Shown here: positions 7,267 to 14,526 of the stretch, piece after piece
Numbering within the stretch: position 1 is the stretch's first letter
Layout of the letters: each line of letters begins with the position of its first letter
Assembly (NCBI GenBank): GCA_000151265.1
Contig: GG663744.1
Span: 195,520 to 227,519, forward strand
DNA from: Micromonas pusilla
Taxonomy: Eukaryota
Length of the DNA stretch: 32,000 nucleotides
Reading direction: 5' to 3'
Notes under the pieces: model-generated
The model's input: only the letters and a program-made list of their open reading frames with translations
Told to the model about the DNA's origin: nothing
Databases searched by the model: none
Program-made: the position numbers and the translations under genes

Positions 7267-9611
7267 TCAGATGCGCACGATGTCCACGCGCGCGCGCCTC
7301 TCGATCGCGTGCGCCTGCTCGCCTCTCGCGCCCGGCTCGGGCGCGCCCTCCGTCACGTACACGTGCGCGATCGTCCCTCCGATGTTCCCCTTCGCCAGCC
7401 TCCCCGGGTTCAGCGCGACGAACGCGGGCGCGTCCTCGTCGTCCTTCGCGCGCGGCGGCAGCGGCGGCGCGCCCTCCGCGGCTTCGGCGACGACGCCCCC
7501 AGCCGGCTGCGCGACGATCTTCGCGAACGGGTTCAGGTCCGACGGCACGAGCAGCACGTCGGGGGTGACGTCCATCTCCAGGTGCGCCGCGAGCGACGCG
7601 TCCAGGCACGCGCCGGCCGGCGCCGGGAACAGCGGGTACGCGCTGCTCTGCCCGGGGAGGTGCGCGGCGAGTCGAGACATGCGGTCCGGGGCGGCGCCGC
7701 CCGCGCCGCCGCCCGCGCCGCCGCTCGCCGGCTCCCTCGCCGCCTCCGCCGCGCTGAGATGCCGCAACACGTCCTGCGTGCACGCCGCGAACGTCACGCC
7801 GTTGATGGAGAACACCCCGGGGTTCGGCGCGCACGCGATGGCGCACGACCGCGGGAGCTCGAGCTCGCGCTCGGACAGCAGCGGCGGCTGCGGAAACACC
7901 GCGTCGTGCGTCACGTCTCGCGTCGACGGCATCACGACGACGGACGGCGCGTAGCCGGCGTCGTCCGCGTCCGCCGCGAACCTCTCGAGCGCGTCGCGGA
8001 CGCGCAGCGCGAAGACGTCCTCGAACGACACGTCCAGCGGCGCGTCGTCGCCTCTCACGGACTTGTGCTCCGCGTCCACGAACGGGCCCATGAGCACGAC
8101 GGCGTCCTGCGTGGGTGAATCGATCGGTCAGTCGAACGTCTTACCGGTCAAACGTTGAAAGGGAAGCGCGGGTGAAGAGTGACGACGGGAAAAGTCCTTA
8201 AGGAACGGCGTGCACCACGCGAACGGGGTCGTATGGGAAGCAGTCTCACCGGACGCGTCTCCGCGCAGTACGCCAAAAATTCATTCAGCGGCTCGTACGA
8301 CAGGTCGCCCGCGCACGTGTACGGGCCGGACGCGATCGCGACGGACAGCGACCCGAACGCGGGGGACGACGCGGTGGACTTGACCCCGCTCGGCGCGACG
8401 GACGCGATGAGGCGGCGCGCGACGAGGCAATGCCCGCTCGGGTTCGACCCCTGCACGCAGACGATCTGCCCGGGGAACAGCGAGAACCGCGGCAGCTCTC
8501 TGAGGGTCGAAGGTCCATACGAAGCGACGTCGGGGTGGAGTTGAAAGGCGTCAGAAGCGGAGTTGAAAGGCGTCGAGGTGTGTCGGGATTGAAAGCGAGG
8601 GGTGGGCGAAGAGAAACGCCGGGAAAGAAAGTCCTTAAGGATCGGCGTTCACCGCGCCGACGCGGTCGTACGGGGACCAGTGTATAGAACGCGCCTGAGC
8701 TCCAATCGAACCCTCGCGCCGTTGCTCGTCTCGACGCTTCCCTCGAGCATCACCGACGCCTCGTTGAGCTTCCCCTCGGAGTCGCACACGACGCGGCCGA
8801 CGACGGTGACGTCGTCCTGCGACGCCGCGTACGTCGCGCCGCCGCAGTCGAGTCCCGGGTACCGCCTCTCGACGGCGCGTTTGAACGCGCGAAGACGCGA
8901 CTCGATCATTTCCACCTTGTCGCCGACGCGGTCGCGCATGTATCGCACGTCGCGGCGCAACGGCGCGCCCCTGACCGCGACGGTCGCCGCCTGAGCTTGG
9001 TTCTTCTTCTTCGCGATCGGCAGCTCCGCGTTGAGCTCGGACTTGGCCGCGCGTCTCGCCGGTCGCTTTGAAAACGCGGACGTCCCCGGCTTTGGCGCGC
9101 TCGCGTCTAAGATCGCGCGCGCGTTCGGATGCCGCGTCGGCGTCGTCGCGTCGTTCGCGTTAAAGGCGCCGCGCGTCGCGAGGACGTGCGCCGCCTTCGC
9201 GTTCGACGTCTTCGCCGCGGGGGTGTACGCGCGGCCGGGCGTCGTCGCCGCGAGCGACGCGTCCGCGTCGTCGGCGTCCATCGCGTCGATCGTCTCGAGG
9301 ATGTCCCCGCCGCCGTACGTGTAGTACGCCGTCGGCGTCTTCTTCGCGGACGCCTTCTTCACGCTGAGGTGTGTGCGCTCGTAGTGCGACCGGAACGCGT
9401 CCATGACCGCGGACGACGGCGTCGCGGGGACTTTCCCGGGCGGCGCGGACGAGAAGAAGGTGTCGTACGCGATCGCGAGGTCGTCCGCGGTCGCGCCGTG
9501 CGCTCGGCACATCGCGAGGCACTCGGCCGCGACGTCCTTACCGTCCGCGTCGTCGCCGAGGGCGAACCCGTAGGTCTCGAACGCGCGCGATACGTCGATG
9601 ACATCCGCCAT
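7267..9611 (-). CDS. POLA2: DNA polymerase alpha subunit B (POLA2/Pol12-like). 3 exons: 8695..9611, 8250..8499, 7267..8106 (668 aa).
   Basis: ORFs 8649..9611(-), 8148..8456(-) and 7267..8097(-) join after removing 8500..8694 (phase 2: ...ARVRLEL|RELPRFSLFPGQIVCVQGSNPSG...) and 8107..8249 (phase 0: ...LAYCAETRP|DAVVLMGPFVDAEH...). The C-terminal calcineurin-like fold motifs typical of B subunits are present (LMGPFVDAEH, VVVMPSTRDV, FSINGVTFAACTQDVL, LLVPSDLNPFAK). The start is an ATG at 9611..9609. Confidence 0.85.
8107..8249 (-). mobile_element. Truncated/decayed introner relative forming POLA2 intron 2 (143 nt, GT..AG)
   Basis: The sense strand GTGAGACTGCTTCCCATACGACCCCGTTCGCGTGGTGCACGCCGTTCCTTAAGGACTTTTCCCG... 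is colinear with the 5' ~100 nt of the full-length element. The 3' part is unrelated: it has no tandem 17-mer and no 3' inverted-repeat arm. Confidence 0.7.
8500..8694 (-). mobile_element. Introner element copy forming the whole of POLA2 intron 1 (195 nt, GC..AG)
   Basis: It is a full-length repeat copy. The sense strand starts GCGCGTTCTATACACTGGTCCCCGTACGACCGCGTCGGCG and ends CGCTTCGTATGGACCTTCGACCCTCAG. Removal restores the frame. Confidence 0.9.
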
Positions 9612-9854
9612 GATGCTACCTGCCGCGTGCGCGGGTGCGTGTGCGCGCGCGCGCCGTCGGATGTCTGGACCGACGCGCGCGCGCGTCGTGGTTCAAACAT
9701 TTCAAACGCGGTTGCCAACAAAATGGAAAACTGGCGCCGACACCAGCGTACGGCGCGCACCTTCAAGTACGCAACTTTCCGCCCATCGGGTAGAAAAATA
9801 CCCTGACTTCCGATCCACTAGACCGCTGAAAGGCGGTGCTATGTAAAGTGAAAC

Positions 9855-9898
9855 GGGATTTGAGACTATTTTCGTATGAGCAAATAGTCTCAAATCCC
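9855..9898. repeat. Perfect 17-bp inverted repeat (hairpin, 10-nt loop) abutting and overlapping the 5' end of tRNA-Glu
   Basis: GGGATTTGAGACTATTT (9855..9871), loop TCGTATGAGC, AAATAGTCTCAAATCCC (9882..9898). The arms are exact reverse complements. The last 4 nt of the right arm are the first 4 nt of the tRNA acceptor stem. Confidence 0.85.
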
Positions 9899-9967
9899 CC
9901 GTAGTGTAGATGGTTATCACACTAGGCTTTCACCCTAGTGACCCGGGTTCGAGTCCCGGCGGGGGAA
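9895..9967 (+). tRNA. trnE-UUC: tRNA-Glu (anticodon TTC)
   Basis: TCCCCCGTAGTGTAGATGGTTATCACACTAGGCTTTCACCCTAGTGACCCGGGTTCGAGTCCCGGCGGGGGAA. The acceptor is TCCCCCG/CGGGGGA, the anticodon stem CTAGG/CCTAG with loop CTTTCAC, and the T arm CCGGG-TTCGAGT-CCCGG. Confidence 0.9.
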
Positions 9968-10095
9968 TACTTTTGCCGGTCAAATCGACCGGAACGACCG
10001 ACGACGACGGTTGCTGACGGATGATTTTTTTTGGCTTCGACGCGCATCGCTCGGCGCGCGCGCGGGCGGCGTCAGCGTGGCGCGCGTCGACCGAC

Positions 10096-12152
10096 ATGAA
10101 CGGGAACGCCGCGAGCGGGTTCGCGCGGAAGATGCTGCCGCTGTCCATCGAGACGCGGACGCGGCCGTACGAGCGCATCGGCGCGGGTGCGTCCGTCGAT
10201 CGATCGATCGATCGATCGATACACTATCGATCGATCGGTCGATCGCGCCTCGCGCCTCGTCCGTCGCCCTCCTCCTCCTCTTCTTCTCGTCGTCGTCCGT
10301 CCGTCCGTCGTCCGCCTCACCATCCCTCCCTCCCGCCCGCCGCGCAGTGTCCCCGCGGAAGAAACACCAGCCGCAGTGGTGGGCGTCGCTCGCGTCCGAT
10401 CCACGCGCGTTGAAGATCGCCGTCGCGCTCGCGCTCGTCGTCGCGTTCGCGTTCGCGCTCGCGGCGGCGGTGGACGCGAGCTCGGACGCGAACCACTCGC
10501 GCGTCGTCGTCTTCGACGCGGGCAGCACGGGCAACCGCGTGCACGTCTTCAAGTTCTCGTCCGACGTGGACGGCGTGACGCTCGTCTCGGAGACGTTCGC
10601 GGCGAAGTCGCCGGGGTTTCGAGACCTCGCGTCGAAGGGCGCGAAAGTCGCCGCGGACTCGCTCGACGCGCTCATAGACGTCGCGCGCGACGAGGTGCCA
10701 GCGAAGATGCGGTCGCGGACCAAGCTGACGCTCCGCGCGACCGCGGGGATCCGTCTTCTCCCGGAGGGCGCGGAGGCGGCGGAAGCGATCATGCGCGCGG
10801 CGAGGAAGAAACTCATGGGGACCGGTTTCGACGTCGAGGATCGACGCGTGAGCGTGATGAGCGGCGAGGACGAGGGGAAGTACGCGTGGACGAGCGTGAA
10901 CTACCTCCTCGGCCGCGTCGGCGTCGGGAAGAGCTTCGAGAACGGCGGCGGCGGCGCGGAAGATGGAACGTCGACCGTCGCGGTGCTCGACCTGGGCGGC
11001 GGCAGCGCGCAGATCGCGTTCGCGGTGTCCGACGCGGCGAAGGCGTCGGCGCCGCCGGGGAAGGGGTACGTCCAGAGCGTCGGCGACGGAGGACGGCGCG
11101 ACGACGTCTACGTCAAGTCTTTCGCCGGGTACGGCCTGATGGCGGCGCGCGCGAAGGTGCTCGCGACGGGCGGAGACGACGAGGATAGCGGCGGTAACGG
11201 CACGCATCCGTGCGTTCCCGCCGGGTACGTCGGCGGGTGCGAGGAAAACTGTTACGGGCTCGCGCCGGGGGAGAGGCGCGTTCTATACACTGGTTCCCAT
11301 ACGACCGCGTTCGCGTGGTGAACGCCGTTTCTTAAGGACTTTTGCCGGCGTGTCTGTTCGCCCACCCCTCGGTTTCAATCCCCGACCTCGACGCCTTTCA
11401 ACTTCAACTGACGCCTTTCAACTCCACCCCGACGTCGCTTCGTACGGAACGACCAGCTACGTCGCGAGGGCGCGCGCCGCCGGCGCGGATTTCAGAGCGT
11501 GCCTCGCGGCCGCGATCAAATCGCTGGCGCTGGACGCGACGTGCGAGGACGCGCCGTGCGGCATCGCCGGCGCGTGGACGACGCCGCGGACGACGAAGCT
11601 GCACGCGATGAGCTACGTGTACGAGCGCGCGGTGCAGGTGCGGCGCGAGGACTTTTCTTCCCGGCCAAGCGTCGCGTCTCGTTTCGTCTCTCTCCGCCCG
11701 CCGCCCCTCGCTCGTCGCACTCCGCGACGCCTCGCGACGCCTCCGACTGACGCGCCCGCCCCCGCGCTCCGCCCACCCCTCAGTCGCGCGCGGCGAAGAC
11801 GTACGACGCGGCGACCACGACGAAGACGGACGCGCTGACGGTGACGCCAAAAGATTTCGAAGACGCGGGGGAGGCGGTGTGCGCGACCGCGGCGGCGGAC
11901 GTCGCGACGAGGTACCCGGACGCGGACCCGGAGCACGCCGCGTACCTGTGCCTGGACGTCGCGTTCATTCGCGCGCTGCTGGTGGACGGCCTCGGGGTGG
12001 GCGTGAACGAGGCCGTCACGATAGTGGATCAGATCGAGTACGACGGGAAAGGGGTCGAGGCGGCGTGGGCGCTCGGGGATGCGGTCGCGACGCTCGGGGA
12101 GGGCGCCGACCCGGACGCGATATTCGGCTCGAAAGGGCGGCGGCGGCGATGA
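10096..12152 (+). CDS. GDA1/CD39-family nucleoside phosphatase (apyrase/NTPDase), type-II membrane anchor. 4 exons: 10096..10186, 10348..11275, 11457..11637, 11784..12152 (522 aa).
   Basis: Apyrase conserved regions are present: VVFDAGSTGNRVHVF (ACR1), LRATAGIRLL (ACR2), SGEDEGKYAWTSVNYLLG (ACR3), LDLGGGSAQIAF (ACR4), and the C-terminal ...EAAWALGDAV. An N-terminal TM is present (ALKIAVALALVVAFAFALAAAV). The main ORF (10011..11321) has no in-frame ATG before the TM. An ATG exon in another frame (MNGNAASGFARKMLPLSIETRTRPYERIGA) joins it through a GTGCGT..CGCAG intron in phase 1. Total exon length is 1569 nt, which is 523 codons. An alternative upstream ATG at 10021 is in frame but has poor codon usage. 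Confidence 0.85.
10187..10347 (+). other. Ordinary intron 1 of the apyrase gene (161 nt, GT..AG), containing a (TCGA)n microsatellite
   Basis: The donor is GCGCGG|GTGCGTCC. A pyrimidine-rich tract is followed by CGCGCAG|TGTCCCC. The intron is needed to connect the only plausible ATG exon to the ACR-containing ORF. Confidence 0.7.
10196..10245. repeat. (TCGA)n / CGATCG palindromic microsatellite
   Basis: TCGATCGATCGATCGATCGATCGAT, then ACACTA, then TCGATCGATCGGTCGATCG. It can be read directly from the sequence. Confidence 0.9.
11276..11456 (+). mobile_element. Introner element copy forming the whole of apyrase intron 2 (181 nt, GC..AG)
   Basis: This is the only plus-strand copy, and its host gene is on the plus strand. 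It starts GCGCGTTCTATACACTGGTTCCCATACGACCGCGTTCGCGTGGTGAACGCC and ends CGCTTCGTACGGAACGACCAG. Removal joins ...YGLAPGE|SYVARARAAGADFRAC... in phase 2. Confidence 0.9.
11638..11783 (+). mobile_element. Strongly decayed or 5'-truncated introner relative forming apyrase intron 3 (146 nt, GT..AG)
   Basis: Several blocks are colinear with the element interior: AGGACTTTTC..CCCGGC, CTCTCCGCCC.CC.CCCCTCGCT, CGACGCCT twice in tandem, ACTGACGC, and the terminal CCGCCCACCCCTCAG. The first ~55 nt and the 3' inverted-repeat arm are missing. Splicing in phase 0 joins ...YVYERAVQ|SRAAKTYDAATTTK.... Confidence 0.5.
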
Positions 12153-12291
12153 GACGACGCGATGAGATGGACGGTCGCGGTCGCGACTGGAGGGACGAGC
12201 GACCGCCCGCCCCGCGGTAGTTTATTACGAACCAAAATAGCTAACGTTGATCGATTGGCGCGTCGTCGCGGCGCGCCCTCGTCGACCCGCG

Positions 12292-12823
12292 TCACTCTCG
12301 CGGCGGCGGCGGCTCGCCCTCGCGAGCCACTCGCTCCCTCATCTCGTGTACGGCCTCGTACATCTCCCTCCCGATGCCGCCGCTCTCGTCGCACATCGCC
12401 CCCCACGCGTGCTTCGCGAACTGCGTCATGAGAGAATCTTCCATCTCCTCTCTCAGCGCGTCAACGAGCTCCTTCTCGCTCATGTGCGCCGAGTGCCTGG
12501 AGCCGAGCGTCTTCGAGTTCGTCACCGCCTCCGCGACGTACGCCTTCAGCTCGTCCTGCGCGTTTGGGAGGGTAGGGATGCGCGTCAGGGATGGACGGAC
12601 GGACGGACGGACGGGCGATGGACGTGACGGTTGCGGTTTTTTAGGGATCGAACGAAGCAGGCGCGCGTCGACGACGCGCCTTCGCGCAGACCTCCTCCAT
12701 GACGCGCTTGCGGAACTTCTCGAACGTCCCGTCCTTGCGCAGCGCGTCGACGACTTTCTTCTCGTCCTCGCGATCCTCGCGCGCGCGCTCGACGACGGTC
12801 GCGTCGTCCTCCGGGCCCGACAT
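12292..12823 (-). CDS. Small protein with a BOD1/COMPASS-Shg1-like motif (tentative). 2 exons: 12680 (or 12692)..12823 and 12292..12555.
   Basis: The ATG is at 12823. Exon 1 encodes MSGPEDDATVVERAREDREDEKKVVDALRKDGTFEKFRKRVMEE(VCAK), and exon 2 encodes DELKAYVAEAVTNSKTLGSRHS...EMRERVAREGEPPPPRE*. The pattern LRKDGTFEKFRKRV...LKAYV resembles the Shg1/BOD1 domain, but I recall this from memory and have not verified it. Codon bias is good. The donor position is ambiguous; see findings. Confidence 0.6.
12556..12679 (-). other. Intron of the BOD1-like gene (124 nt if the donor is GC at 12679, 136 nt if GT at 12691), containing a (GGAC)n repeat
   Basis: The acceptor is CCCAAACGCGCAG|GACGAG (the intron ends at 12556 on the minus strand). 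There are two in-frame donor candidates: AAG|GCGCGT and GAG|GTCTGC. Confidence 0.6.
12593..12614. repeat. (GGAC)n microsatellite
   Basis: GGACGGACGGACGGACGGACGG, read directly from the sequence. Confidence 0.9.
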
Positions 12824-12939
12824 CGTGCGCGGCGCGCTCGAGACTGACGATCTGACGACGATCGCCGTTCGTTCGGCGTCGCCTCGCCTCACCGCCTCGC
12901 CGCACTCGTCGCGCGCGCGCTGACGTCGCCGACGGCACG
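12824..12939. promoter_or_regulatory. 116-bp divergent intergenic region (inferred shared promoter)
   Basis: It is the distance between the start codons of two head-to-head genes (12823 on the minus strand, 12940 on the plus strand). No specific motif was identified. Confidence 0.35.
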
Positions 12940-14463
12940 ATGTCGTCCGCCTCGCGCCTCGCGCGCGCGTCGACCGCGTCGACGTCGTCGCCGTCGCCGT
13001 CGCCGTCGCCGCGTCGGCGACCCGCGACGCGCGCGCCCCGACGCGCACGATCGGTCCGTCGCGGCGTCGTCGCCGAGGACAGAGAAGGGCGCGAGAAGCG
13101 CGTCTCCGCCCCCGCGCCCGCGCCCGCGTTCGCGGCGCCGCCGCGGCTCGCGCGCGCCGCGCGCCCGGAACCCCCGAAGGAGTACCTCCGCCTCGTCGAG
13201 CTCGCGGACGGGGGGTGGGAGCTCCAGAGCGCGACGGCGACGTTCCGCGCGCCGCGCGGCGACGACGACGACGACGACGACGACGCGGTCGAGATCTCGC
13301 TCACGTCCACCGTCCACGTCGGCGAGCCGTCGTACTACGCCGCGCTGCAGGAGGAGTGCGACGCGCGGTACGACGCCGTGCTATTCGAGCTCATCACGAG
13401 CGAGGAGAACCTGAGACCGGGGCGCGCGCCGCCGCCGCGCGACGCGGACGGGACCCGTCGCCGTCGCGATAAAAACTCCGACTCCGACGACGACGACTTT
13501 CTCCCCGCGCTCGCCGCGCGACTCTCGCCGACGCCGGACGCGCGCGCGCTCGCGGAAGCGCACGGCCTCCGCGCGCAGCTCGACGCGCTCGACCTCCAGC
13601 GCGACCGATGGTTCGTCGCGGACCTCCCGCGGAGCGTCCTGATGCGCGCGCAGGTGGAAGCGGGCGAGCGCGGCGCACAGCTGTCACGCGACGACGCGTC
13701 CGCGGCCGCGTCCGCGGCGGCGCTGCCGCCCGCGCTCGAGGCGCTCGTCGTCACCGCGACCGGCCGCGCCGGCGGCGGCCCCGCGCGGCAGCTCACGCGC
13801 TCCATGTGCTGGCTCGTCCCGTGCCCCGAGGCGCACCTCTTGCTCCTGGACTGGGTCTGGGGGGGCGGTCGGCCCGCGCCGGCGCTCGGCGCGACGCTCG
13901 ACGCGATCGCGTCCGGCGACGTCATGGCCGCGCGCAGGCTCGCGTTCGCGCAGATGATCGTCAGCGCGCAGGCGAAGGGCGCGGTCGGCGGCGGCGCGGA
14001 CGTCCCCGTGCTCGTGCTCAGGCGCAACGACGCGGCGATCGAGTGCGTGCGGAAGGCGGCTGCGACGCGCGGGGTGAACAGGATAGCGTTGCTCTACGGC
14101 GGGCTTCACATGCCCGGCTTGACGTCCAAGGTGATGAACGAGCTCGGGTACGAGATCACGGGCGCGCCGTCGTGGAGGGCGGTGTGGAAGATCGACGGTC
14201 CGAGTTCGAGGAGCGCGGTCGCGCGGTCGAGGAGCGCGGTGTGGCGGTGGGCGGCGTTGCCGCTGTTGCTGCTCGTGGACGGCGCGGATTGGGCGTTTAC
14301 GCTGTCGGACGTCGCGGCGTCGCCGGCGACGGCGGCGATAGAGATCGGGCTGTACGTGGTGAGGCACGGGGCGGTGTATTACGGACTTGGGAAGTGGGTG
14401 CTGGAGTGGAACAGGCAGCTGTTCGACGACCGCGGCGGCGGCGGCGAGCGCGGGTTTAGTTAG
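12940..14463 (+). CDS. Conserved hypothetical protein, TraB/GumN-like (tentative), with an organelle-targeting-like N-terminus and two C-terminal TM helices. Single exon, 507 aa.
   Basis: It is a long ATG ORF with strong codon bias. The N-terminus is Ser/Ala/Arg-rich. The motifs ISLTSTVHVGEPSYYAALQEECDARYDAVLFELI and RNDAAIECVRKAAATRGVNRIALLYGGLHMPGLTSKVMNELGYEI resemble the TraB/GumN pattern. The hydrophobic C-terminal segments are WRWAALPLLLLVDGADWAF and AAIEIGLYVVRHGAVYYGL. Confidence 0.75.
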   Translation: MSSASRLARASTASTSSPSPSPSPRRRPATRAPRRARSVRRGVVAEDREGREKRVSAPAPAPAFAAPPRLARAARPEPPKEYLRLVELADGGWELQSATATFRAPRGDDDDDDDDAVEISLTSTVHVGEPSYYAALQEECDARYDAVLFELITSEENLRPGRAPPPRDADGTRRRRDKNSDSDDDDFLPALAARLSPTPDARALAEAHGLRAQLDALDLQRDRWFVADLPRSVLMRAQVEAGERGAQLSRDDASAAASAAALPPALEALVVTATGRAGGGPARQLTRSMCWLVPCPEAHLLLLDWVWGGGRPAPALGATLDAIASGDVMAARRLAFAQMIVSAQAKGAVGGGADVPVLVLRRNDAAIECVRKAAATRGVNRIALLYGGLHMPGLTSKVMNELGYEITGAPSWRAVWKIDGPSSRSAVARSRSAVWRWAALPLLLLVDGADWAFTLSDVAASPATAAIEIGLYVVRHGAVYYGLGKWVLEWNRQLFDDRGGGGERGFS

Positions 14464-14526
14464 TCTAGTTGAGCGACTGAGCGACTTCTTAAAGCGCGAC
14501 GCGACGCTACGCTCGCTACGCTCGTC

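Noticed and set aside
10021-10095. The upstream in-frame ATG at 10021 was considered as the apyrase start.
   Set aside because: It lies only about 55 nt after tRNA-Glu, and its first codons (ATG ATT TTT TTT GGC TTC) lack the local codon bias, so the ATG at 10096 is preferred. It is not excluded without 5' end data.
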